Positions 39,173 to 48,634 of a stretch of 64,000 nucleotides of DNA are shown here, piece after piece (the first letter of the stretch is position 1; each line of letters begins with the position of its first letter). The DNA comes from Prorocentrum cordatum. Taxonomy: Eukaryota. Made by a program: the position numbers and the translations under genes. Location: NCBI GenBank assembly GCA_963575745.1, contig CAUYUJ010000303.1, forward strand, positions 248,001 to 312,000, in the 5' to 3' direction. The notes below the pieces were generated by a model. The model did not search any database and was not told the DNA's origin. It saw nothing but the letters and a program-made list of their open reading frames with translations.

Positions 39173-40351
39173 TCACTTTCCTTTCTGTCTGCGCTTCTGA
39201 CGCTTGACTCGGGCACTCCGATCAGATCTCCGAGGCTCTTCCTGCACCGCTGGCGTGCAGGACGGTGGGTCGGTCTCAGGACGGGCGCCAGGACGATCGA
39301 TCATCTTCTTGAGCTGCAGCGCCATGGCGGACCTCAGGGACCCGTCGCTGTCCTGCGGCGCCATTTCGAGAGCGTCCAAGAGGCCCTTCACCGGGTCGTC
39401 CCAGAACTCCTTGCCCCGCTTGGCTACGTCCTCGCCTGCCTGCGCTCGATGCCGAACGAGGTCGTGCAGCATTGTGTATCGCTGCACGGCCGCCGCGGAC
39501 CTCCAGCGACCGCGACGTCGGGTGGCCTCGAGCGTGAAGCCGCTCTCCACGTAGTCCGACGCGCCCGAGTGGCGAAGCCCGTGCGGAGGTCCGCACCACT
39601 CAAGGCCCGACGCCGCCAGGGCCTCCCACCATCTCTTGCGGAAGGTGGCCGGCGTGAGGGGGAACACCAGATCCCCGTCCGCCGCGACGTCCACCGCGGC
39701 CTGCAGGAGGGCCATCACGAAGCCGAGCCTCACGATCACCCCCTGGTCGCTGCCCGTCTTGACCGTCTCGCCACGAGCCCGAACGCCAAGGGCCAGACTT
39801 GCGCTCACTCCATCAAAATGCATGTCCTCTGTCCGCAAGAGGCTCCAGTCCTGCTCCCTCATGCAGCAGTCGAAAGACAGCAGCACCAAGATGGATTCGT
39901 ACAGCCTCCCGTGGTGGATCATCCAAAGTGCTATGCAGCCGATCGTCGCGCGAGCCAACGGCTTGCCCTCGCCCTGCGCAGCCATTCTCAGCCACGACTT
40001 GAGGGCTCGCGCCGCCTGCGGCATCCTGTCGCGGTGATCCTCGTAGACGTGCAGGAACCCGAAGAAGACGGCGTCGCCCACGCCGACGCTGGACCGGTGA
40101 AGGTAGCACAGCGAGGACAAGTAGTTGGCCATGGCCGTGCCCCACTCGGCATACGTGTCGAAGGGCGCCTGCCCTCGCTCCACGCCCTGCAAAAAGTTCC
40201 GAACTTCCTTGACGTAGCGCCTGTTGGCGTTGTCGTCGACTGCGTGGACGCACAGGCGCTTGGCCAGCTGCGCCCGAATAGAGGCGGCGTGGCCCCGCGC
40301 TCGGGCCCCCCTCCCTGCCGACGGAGGCGGGGTCCCGCCCCTCCACCTGGT
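39173..40351 (-). CDS. Tyrosine recombinase of the retroelement (start codon uncertain; frame open back to 40351)
   Basis: Catalytic R (CMREQD), K (ETVKTG), HxxR (HGLRH), W (RGRW) and Y (VQRY); overlaps the 3' end of pol. Confidence 0.92.
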   Translation of the reverse strand, partial: TRWRGGTPPPSAGRGARARGHAASIRAQLAKRLCVHAVDDNANRRYVKEVRNFLQGVERGQAPFDTYAEWGTAMANYLSSLCYLHRSSVGVGDAVFFGFLHVYEDHRDRMPQAARALKSWLRMAAQGEGKPLARATIGCIALWMIHHGRLYESILVLLSFDCCMREQDWSLLRTEDMHFDGVSASLALGVRARGETVKTGSDQGVIVRLGFVMALLQAAVDVAADGDLVFPLTPATFRKRWWEALAASGLEWCGPPHGLRHSGASDYVESGFTLEATRRRGRWRSAAAVQRYTMLHDLVRHRAQAGEDVAKRGKEFWDDPVKGLLDALEMAPQDSDGSLRSAMALQLKKMIDRPGARPETDPPSCTPAVQEEPRRSDRSARVKRQKRRQKGK

Positions 40352-43300
40352 CTAGCTCGCGCCAGCCCTCTCCTCGACGGCTCGCCCAGCCTCGGCACCA
40401 CTGGCGAGCTGCGCCACGATCGCGACGAGGGTCGCCAGTGGATGGCATCGTGCTCGCCGCCCTGGCCCCGCAGCCGCCTGAAGGCCGCTCGCGGGGTGGG
40501 CAGCCCCCGAGCGAGGTGGCCCTGGACGGCGTCGGCCGCGGCGCCCGTGGATCCCCCTCGGGACGGACCGCCCGCAACGTTCGACTCGGAGGGAACCCAG
40601 CGCAGGCACAGCCTGATCCCGCAGGCGAGCTGGACCGCGGCCGCCATCCTGCATAGTCGCAGCAGCTGGTGCGAAGACGCCCTGCCCTTGCCGAGGGCGC
40701 CGACCACCGCCAGCGAGTCCGTGAAGCCCCGGACGCAACGAGTCCACGAGCGACTGCTCCGGGCCAGGTGGCGCAGCACCGCCAGCGCGCCTCTGCCCTC
40801 CAGTGCGTTGTTGTGCTCGGCCCGCCCCCACTGGCCTGCGGAAGCGGTGGCCCAACGATCGGGGTCGAGCCGCTCCGCCTGCAGGGGCGGCGCGGGCTGC
40901 TTCGCCGCTCGCCTCAGGTGCTGAGGCAGGGGCCGAAGGACTCCAGGCGGCGCGGCGGCTCGGGCCACCTCCACGATGGCCTCGCAGAGGGCCTGCGGGC
41001 ACGGGCAGGCCAGCTTCGTCCACTTCGTTCCGCACGCCGCGTCGCCTCGCAGGATCTGGTGCGGTAGCCCCGTCGCTGAGCAGCGCGAGGACGCGCCCGT
41101 GCACCTCCTTGCGACCATCAGCAGCTCCCGACACGACGTCAGGATCTTCGTGGGCTTCTTCCAGGACGTGCTTAATTGGCAGTAGTCGACCTCCAGCGCG
41201 CAGACGCCGCCCCTGCCGGCAAGCGCCTGCATCTCGGGCAGGAGCCAGATGAGGCTGTCGATCGGGTTCTCCAGCGCGAAGAACACTCCCGGCGTCGGCG
41301 CAAGCAAGCACGCCTCGATCGCGACCAGCGCCATCAGCGAACCGCCCTTCACTTTCCTGCGGTCCGCCCTCCCAAGACCCGGGACCCCCCACAAGTGGGA
41401 AGGCGTCCGAAGCCTCGGAGTCCTGGCTCGCGAGAAGGTGGAGCACGGCGGACCTGCGAGGATCCACCAGAACTCGCCCTTCCTGAGCTTCAGCATCAGC
41501 CTCGCGATGGCGGGCTGGTGCAACAGGTCGAACTGGGGCCCGTTGTCGATCTCGCCTGCCTCGGCCCAGGTAGGAACCCCCACGCGGAAGCACTCGGCCA
41601 GAGCGCCCGCCCCAACGAAGAGCTCCGCCATGCTGGGACGACCCGTCACTCTGAAGCCAGTCGCCGCATCCGCGTTCTCTTGGAACAGGTCGCCCTTCGA
41701 GCGCTCCTGCCGCTCCTGCTCCGAGCACGCCGTGTCCACCTGCACCCCCCAGCCCTGATGTCGGGCCCACTTGGCCTCGGACCTGAGCGCATCGGGCGCC
41801 GCCGCCGTCGACGTCACCACGCAGCCGCAGTTGCCGGCATCCGTCATGCGCGCCTGCGAGTGCCAGCCCAGCGACAAGTCCGAGCAGAAGAACACGGAGA
41901 GCGCGGCCAGGCCGCGCAGCTCGGTGATCACGTCCGCCCACAGCCGCCGCGGACGAAGACGGTCCTCGGCAGGTGGGTCCACGCGTAGATGACGCGCGGG
42001 ATGGCGAAGGCCGCGCGCGCGCGAGCATCGTGGCCCACGCCCAGTGCCCCATGACGACCTCGACCAGCGCGGGCGAGGCCACCTCCTCCAGGGTGAGGGC
42101 CTCGGCAGCGAGCACCAGGTCCTTCAGCTTCTCGTCCTTCACGCGAGACCTCAGGGAGACCGGGTCGATGGTGACTCCTAGCTGTTCGGGAAGACCGACT
42201 CCTTGGCTCTCCTTGTGCACTGCCAGACCGCGCGATGTCACCGCGCTCCTCGCCCGACCTGCCACTTCGTCGAGCCCCGGGTCGTCCGATCCTTCGCCGA
42301 TCAGATCTCCGCCATAGTCGTCGACGTAGAGCCAGTACAAAAGCTGGTGTTCGGCGAAGCTCGGGGCGGGGCTGCCGTGCTCCACGCGGCCCGCCCCCTC
42401 GGACCCTAGGTCGTCGAAGCAGTCCATCAGCGCGGTGCGCGCGAGGAAGACCGCCCAACTCCAGCCCATGGGGGCGACCGCGCAGGCGATTCCGACGGCC
42501 CCCCCTGGCGGCCGCGGCAGCGATGCGCCTCGCTGCTGTGCGAACTCTCAGAGGGGGCACGGATCCACCCCATCCAAAACAAAGTAGGAGTACAGCTCGG
42601 GAATCTTCTGCAGCCTGTAGAACATCACTGGCACGCCCCCTTGGAACGTCAGGAACTGCTGGCCCCCCAGGATGTCGGGCCCGAGGTCGATCTCCGCGAG
42701 CGCCGCAGGCGAGCCCAGCGAGACCCAGGGATGGTCTCTGAAGTGCAGGTTGACTCGGCTGGCATCCCACACCAACCGAGACAACACCTCCCGCTTTGCC
42801 TTTTCCTGCGACACCTTCTTGACCACGGTGAAGACTGACAGCTTCTCGCGCGCGTCGTCCACGTAGGTGGGCATGTTCGATTCCCACATATTCAGCGCGA
42901 GCTCCAGCCTGGTCTGCCCGTGCTTGAGCTCCGGCGCCTCGTACGGTATGATCTTGTTGTAGGCTTGCATGTCGATCTCGCCCTCCGACTTCAACATCAG
43001 CCTCCCGGGCTCTTCGAGGTAGGCCTTCGCCGTGACAACCAGCTTCTTCGCGCTGACCCCTCGGGGCCCCTTCGGAGGCATATCGACTTCGTTGACCCGC
43101 AGCGGACACAGGGCACCCCTCTGCAGTCGCTCCCCCCCTTCCCTCTCCGAGGCAGAGCCGCTCCCATAGCCAACTGGAAGCTCCTCGCCAAAGCAGCGCA
43201 AAACCGCTCTGCCGTCGTCGGTGGATCCCCAGGTCGCTCTCCGACTCTGCTCGTTCCATATCCTCCTGACGATCTCCTTCTGCAAAAACGAGGCCTGGCT

Positions 43301-43555
43301 CCAGGGGCACTCCGTCGCCACCTTGGTCCAGTCCTTCAGCTCCTTGAGGTGGCTTCGGCTCAGACTCGGGAGAGCAGCAACGGTCCGACACGACCTGAGC
43401 CACGTGACCCGCAGCTTGCCCTCGCTCATCCCCCCGCCGATAGCTCCGCCCCAACTCGCCGGCGCATAAGGCAACGTTCCAAGCAGGTCTCGATGTTGCC
43501 GAGGTCGCCCCGAACCAAGCCCGGGGGGCCCCCTGCCCTGGTCCCCGCCTGACAT
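39988..43555 (-). pseudogene. pol: reverse transcriptase, then RNase H with a nested MTase; frameshifts at about 42550-42500 and 42010-41980
   Basis: RT motifs FTVVKK, RLVWDASRVN, PMGWSWA and YVDD (42317-42328). RNase H motifs TDA (41836-41844), HNNALE, TDS and WVPSESN. Confidence 0.9.
40955..41631 (-). CDS. C5 cytosine DNA methyltransferase-like domain, in frame within RNase H
   Basis: Motif I ELFVGAG, FDLL, motif IV AGPPCSTFS (GPPC 41443-41454), motif VI FALENP (ENP 41263-41271), C..WKKPT, and motif X-like CPQALCEAIV. Confidence 0.85.
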
Positions 43556-44697
43556 CTAAACGACGAACTGGTGCGCGACCTGGCCGAGAGGGCACGTGCA
43601 AAAAAGCCCTCCCGTCGTCAAAGTCGAAACTGTTGAGCACAGGCTCTGGTTCGCGGTCGCTCAAGTGGGCGGACAACGCTGAGCCCTCGAGACCAAGAGC
43701 ACGCGCAGAGCTGCCAACCACAGACGATGAAGTAGAACACCAAGTGCTCCAGGTAGAAAGGTCGATGACGAGCACGCCCAACAAGAGCACCACGAAGAGA
43801 GTCCTGACGAGAGAGGACCTCGACCGATGCACGGGTGGTTTGTCGGCTTTGAACCGCCCCCCCACCAAGGGGCGGCTAGACCTTCACTCGTCCTTCGCGG
43901 CAGACTCCGAGACTGACCCCAAGTGCTTCTGGAAGAGCGCCTCCCTCTTGAGCTTCTCGGTCACCTCGTCGTCCGCCGCGTCGATGTCGTTCTCGGAGCG
44001 GTCGAGACGGGAGTACTGCTCAGCCAGCGCCCAGTCGACGTTGCTCCGCCAATTGGCCCCCGTCTGATTCTATGGGCGCAGCCAGTCCTCGCGCCGCTGC
44101 ACCTTGTCGAACGCCTCGTCAGGCTGTAGATGCGGAGGCAGATCAGCTCCGCCGTTCGTGAGTTGATCACGGTGCCCGGCGGGCCCGTCTCGAGCATACA
44201 TGGTCGGGGACCGTACCCATGACCGTGACCTCCGCCGCCGCGCTGCAACTCTCGAGCTCCTTGCTGCGCAGCCACTCACGCAGCTCCGCCTGCGCCGTGC
44301 GGTCACTCCTGTAGAGACGTGTCAACACCTCAGGAGCGACGCGAGTGCGGACCTCCCCCACGCCCACCACTTCAAAGCCGCCGCCCGAGGAAGGGGACGG
44401 CGAAGGTGCTGACGATCCACTCCCTCGTGTAGCCCGTGAGCTGTCCATCTCGACGATCATCCCGTGCTCTCGGAGCTTCCGCAGTAGTGTATCGATCTGA
44501 CCCCGCGATGGCTCGATGAACTCCTCCTCGCGCCTCGAATTGGCTGTGTCGGACCGACTCGATCTCGGAGAACGCGGAGTCGTGGCGCGGTCGCCCGTCT
44601 CGAAGCGCACGCCGCCAGAGGGACCCCCAGGAGGAGTAGCCTTCAACTCTCGGATCTAGTCAGCAAGCAGCGGCATCTGCTCCTGTCCCGTCAAGAT

Positions 44698-44862
44698 TCA
44701 GAGCGCGAATTACCTACCCCGCTTTCGCTTCCAGGCAAAACCAAGCCATACCACGCGCCTCCTCGTCAAGCGGCGAGAGCAGTACAGGCTGCAATTTGGC
44801 ATCGTTTGGTATCTCTTGGAAGCGAGGGTGGGCAAAAGCGAGGTAGGTTTGTTTTCCCCTTA
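44698..44862. mobile_element. 165-bp MITE with degenerate TIRs (about 31 bp) and 5-bp TSD AAGAT
   Basis: AAGAT at 44693-44697 and 44863-44867; acctacc.cgcttt.gc at the same offset from each end; excision restores ELMRTILTGQEQ. Confidence 0.8.
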
Positions 44863-44995
44863 AAGATGGTCCGCATCAGCTCCGTGGAGGTCGGCTCCTC
44901 ACCCGAGCCGGTGTCCGAGGCCGCGGTGCCCTTGGCCCGCACGTCGCCGCCTTCGCTGCCCGACCCGTCGTAGTCCGACCCCGCGTCAGCCGAGC

Positions 44996-45176
44996 CTGGG
45001 TAGTCGAAGGCCAAACTGTCGGATTGGATTGGGCCCCAGGGGCCAATCTGGCCCGGCCAAACTGGATAATTTGGGTTATTCGCCAGACTGGATTCGCGTT
45101 GGTTCCCTCGCCAGATTGCCCCCGTTTGCCAGATAGGGCCTGCCAGATTGGCGCCAGATTGGTTTCGACTACCCAG
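44996..45176. mobile_element. 181-bp MITE with TIR CTGGGTAGTCGAA and 5-bp TSD CGAGC
   Basis: Perfect 13-bp TIR extending imperfectly to about 24 bp; CGAGC at 44991-44995 and 45177-45181. Confidence 0.88.
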
Positions 45177-45863
45177 CGAGCTGGCGCTGGCGTACAATCC
45201 CCATATGACGAGGCCGCCGATGCCAAGGGCGATCGAGTAGAAGCCCAGCTCGCCCGCCTCGTGCATCTCGAGCATGCTGCTCTGGATGTCGCCGAAGTGC
45301 TCGAGCCACTTCCCCGCCCTCCTGGTTCGTGTGCTACGCGGCCTTCAGCCACTCGCACACCCCCGGGCAGTGCCAGAGCCGCCAGAAGACCACGGCTGAT
45401 CCCGCCATAGGCCCCCGGCTCCGACGAGCCCAGGCCCACAGTCCAGCAGCCGTCATCGCCTCGACAGCCCCGAACTTCGGGAAGAGCGAGAGTCGCTTGC
45501 CTCCGCCCTTCTTCGGTCCAGGCTTCTTGGGGGCTGTCTTGGTGACTCCGTTCATCCTGTCGATCAGCCTGGCGCTCGCCTGCTTGGCCTCCTGCTTGTC
45601 ATGTGCGCAGCTCCGCGACCTCCTCGACGTCAGTGCCTTCGTCCAGCACCAGCCGATCCTGGAGGCCCAGGAGCACGCACACTACCCAGAAGAACGTGGT
45701 GCCCCGCCACACCGCCGTGGTGGCGCTGAGGGCACCGCCCTGCGGCCGAAGCCCGCGCGAAGTGCGCCAGCTGGGCGCAGCTGCGCCCCAACGCCGAGGG
45801 CGATGGGCGCTCGCGGGCCCTCGGGAGGAGGCGCGGGCGCTGGCCACGAGCCTCGAATCCCTC

Positions 45864-45996
45864 GAGCCCAAGTGACTACAAGCCAAAGATCGTGCCGTGA
45901 CAACGTGACGATCGGCAGAGCTGGAGAGGAGGAAGCGGCCACCCCATACAGACCCCTTCTAAATCGAGCCCGAGAAAGAATTTTTGAAAACTCATA
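45864..45996 (-). repeat. Split direct repeat A1 (5' terminus of the element)
   Basis: Matches 38723-38854. Confidence 0.95.
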
Positions 45997-46915
45997 GGGG
46001 GCGTTGTTTTTACTATTTTTTGAGTTTTTTGGGAAAATTTGGTGGGTATTTGTATGTTTCGTCTAAAATCTGCCTGCAGCGGGACATGCCCGACCTAGCG
46101 CTGGGGCCCCGGGGGAAGGCTGCATTCTGATTGGGAGCTCCCCACCACCACAGGCGGGGCCTTCCCCTGGACCCCCGCGGGCGACCCCCCGGGGACCCGC
46201 CGAGATTTGGGGGGGGGGGGGGGGCAGCATTCTGACCAGGACCCCCTCCCGCGCCCCCCCATGCCCCTCGTCAGGGGAGGGGGAAGAGGGAATGGCATCG
46301 ATTCAGGTACGACGTTTATTCTCTTGCACAGCTGTGTCCGGGAGCTCGGGCCTCTTTGTTTTCGTCGTCGTTCGTTCGTTCGCCGTTCGTCCTCCCCCCT
46401 GGCCGTCCTGTCCCTGCCCTGGACTCCTGGACCCAGCCCTCCCCAGCTCCCCTCGCTCTCCCCCTGGCCGCCCCCTCTGGCCTTGCCCGCTGTGTTCTGC
46501 AGCTCGAACGCCTCTCCGGAAGGAAGGGGGCAGGAGCCTCCTGCCCCTCGCGGCTCCCTGGTGCAAGAGCCAGGGCACGCGCGCCGCTTGCTTGTACTCC
46601 AGATTTCGTAATAAAGGGAGGGGGGTCTCATTTCGGGGCGGGTCTCTTCCAGGCTATCTTGGAGGGCCTGGGGGGTCTGGGGACGATGTTTTGGAGGGTT
46701 CTCCCACGGGGGGGGTCTGAAATGGAAGTCTGGGGACATGTTTTAAAACAGTACTGTTTAAAACATGTTGGGAGTATTTCTTGAGTATGTTTAATGTGTC
46801 GCCCAAGATCCGCCTGTAGGGGGACATGCCCGACTTAACTTTTGGGCGATCTTGCGGCCGTAAGGACCCATCGAACGGGGGAAAACGACACAACCCAAAT
46901 CAGTGAGATCTTCCG

Positions 46916-46966
46916 TCCGCAGCCACTTTGGCTCAAGGCATTTTCGGATCAAGTTTGCCGCCCAAG
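46916..46966 (+). other. DinoSL relic (20/22) plus older relict SL(s)
   Basis: tccgcagccactttggctcaag + gcattttcggatcaag + tttgccgcccaag. Confidence 0.9.
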
Positions 46967-47035
46967 GCAAACGCCGAAAACTACACACATGTTGATACCT
47001 TCAGACCTCATTTCGTACAAGTTCGGATCGGGCTG

Positions 47036-48634
47036 ATGAGCATGCTAGTGAAACTCGCCACCGCGTTTTTGGCAGTCTCAGGGGCAAACGGGAAGGACTT
47101 CGACTCCTGCCTGATGCAGATGGCTGCAAGCCCGACTCAGGCTACAACCGTCGAGCGGCCACTCGCGGATACCTATGTTCAGTCCTGCCAGTCAACGAAT
47201 TATGGTACCCAGCAGGTGTTGGTCAACAAGCGCTACTCCGACGGCTGGTGCGGCACTCGATACTCGTTCTTGCAATTCAGCGTTCCTTGCGATGCTCAGG
47301 ATGCAACGCTCCTGCTGTGGCCGACTGACTATCCTGCTGGTACCTTTCCAAAGGTGGCCGTCTTCACGGTGCAGAACGCGTGGTCGGAAAGCACCACTAT
47401 TTGGTCCAACCACCCTGGCTGGCAGGAGCAGGTTTGCGATTATCAGACATACCCAGGCCCAGTCGGGCAGGCGTTCGCATGCACCGTTCCACAGGCGAAA
47501 CTCGCCGGTAAGAACACCATCTCGTTTGCGTTGGTTGCAGAATGGATGTGGGCGGGGGGCAGTAGTTTTTGGTCTCGCGAAGCCCTCGACGAGAGCACCA
47601 GACCGTCGCTGGTGTTCCACTGTCCTACTGCAGCACCCACGACGGCCCCGACGAGCAGCCCGACCTCGTCCCCGACGCCCAGTCCGACGAGCAGCCCGAC
47701 AAGCAGCCCGACCTCCAGTCCGACCGCGTCCCCGACGTCCAGTCCGACGAGCAGCCCGACCTCCAGTCCGACCGCGTCCCCGACGTCCAGTCCGACGAGC
47801 AGCCCGACCTCCAGTCCGACCTCGTCCCCGACGCCCGGCCCGACGCCTTCGCCGACTGCGGCCCCGACGAGCAGCCCGACGAGCAGCCCGACCTCCAGTC
47901 CGACCGCGTCCCCGACGTCCAGTCCGACGAGCAGCCCGACCTCCAGTCCGACCTCGTCCCCGACGTCCAGTCCGACACCTTCGCCGACTGCGGCCCCGAC
48001 GAGCAGCCCGACCTCTAGTCCAACCGCGTCCCCGGGCCCGACGTCAAGTCCGACGAGCAGCCCGACCTCCAGTCCGTCCTCGTCTTTCCCAGGGACGGTG
48101 GCGACGAGTTCGGCCGTTGGCGATCCCCATATGAAGAATGTATACGGCGAGCGTTTTGATTTGATGGCGCCAGGCAACCATGTTCTTATCAACATCCCTC
48201 GTGGAGAGCGCGCTGAAAAAGCATTGCTTCGCGTGCAGGCCGATGCACGCCGATTGGGTAAACAGTGCACGGATCTATATTTCCAAGATTTGAACGTGAC
48301 CGGATCTTGGGCAGAGGCAGAACAAGTCGGAGGTTTTCATTACAGCGCATCGCAGAGCGAGGTTGAGGTTCCTAAGTGGGTTATTTTTGGTAAGATAGAG
48401 CTGAAGGTCGTTCGCGGGCATACGGACGGCGGCACGTCGTACTTGAACGTGTACGTCAAGCATTTAGGCCGAGCTGGGTTTGCTGTCGGAGGTCTTCTAG
48501 GCGAGGACGACCACAGCAACGCGAGCACGCCAGAGGCTGGGTGCGTGGAACTTGTGAATCTACAGGATCTGCAAACGCTTCGGACTGGCAGTGGCTACCG
48601 ACCGGTCTCGACTGCAGAGGCAACATACGCTTAA
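47036..48634 (+). CDS. Intact intronless secreted protein (532 aa): signal peptide, DNRLRE/CBM96-like beta domain, (PTSS/PTAA)n mucin-like linker, C-terminal GDPH (VWD-like) domain
   Basis: MSMLVKLATAFLAVSGANG signal; ADTYV...TNYG...RYSFLQF...ATLLLW...[30 protein letters not shown]. The ORF track starts it upstream at a TTG inside the SL. Confidence 0.85.
   Translation: MSMLVKLATAFLAVSGANGKDFDSCLMQMAASPTQATTVERPLADTYVQSCQSTNYGTQQVLVNKRYSDGWCGTRYSFLQFSVPCDAQDATLLLWPTDYPAGTFPKVAVFTVQNAWSESTTIWSNHPGWQEQVCDYQTYPGPVGQAFACTVPQAKLAGKNTISFALVAEWMWAGGSSFWSREALDESTRPSLVFHCPTAAPTTAPTSSPTSSPTPSPTSSPTSSPTSSPTASPTSSPTSSPTSSPTASPTSSPTSSPTSSPTSSPTPGPTPSPTAAPTSSPTSSPTSSPTASPTSSPTSSPTSSPTSSPTSSPTPSPTAAPTSSPTSSPTASPGPTSSPTSSPTSSPSSSFPGTVATSSAVGDPHMKNVYGERFDLMAPGNHVLINIPRGERAEKALLRVQADARRLGKQCTDLYFQDLNVTGSWAEAEQVGGFHYSASQSEVEVPKWVIFGKIELKVVRGHTDGGTSYLNVYVKHLGRAGFAVGGLLGEDDHSNASTPEAGCVELVNLQDLQTLRTGSGYRPVSTAEATYA

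Larger units (their letters stand above)
43884..45800 (-). pseudogene. ORF1/gag-like coding region, disrupted by stops, frameshifts and two MITE insertions
   Basis: First position after A1. Protein-like fragments in ORFs 45599-45886, 45334-45555, 44766-45275, 44167-44646 and 44070-44306, ending ...LFQKHLGSVSESAAKDE* at 43884. Confidence 0.65.
38405..45996 (-). mobile_element. Tyrosine-recombinase (DIRS-order, PAT/Ngaro-type split direct repeat) retrotransposon carrying a C5 DNA methyltransferase; full-length but decayed
   Basis: A1 45864-45996, B1 38855-39130, A2 38723-38854, B2 38405-38679. gag-like, RT, RNase H/MTase and YR coding regions. No TSD; empty paralogous site at about 12965. Confidence 0.93.

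Noticed and set aside
39068..40924. 618-aa plus-strand ORF, and 41928-43868 and most of 40352-42469 as stand-alone proteins
   Set aside because: Antisense or alternate-frame shadows of the GC3-rich YR/pol genes. Only the first ~155 aa of 40352-42469 is real RT.
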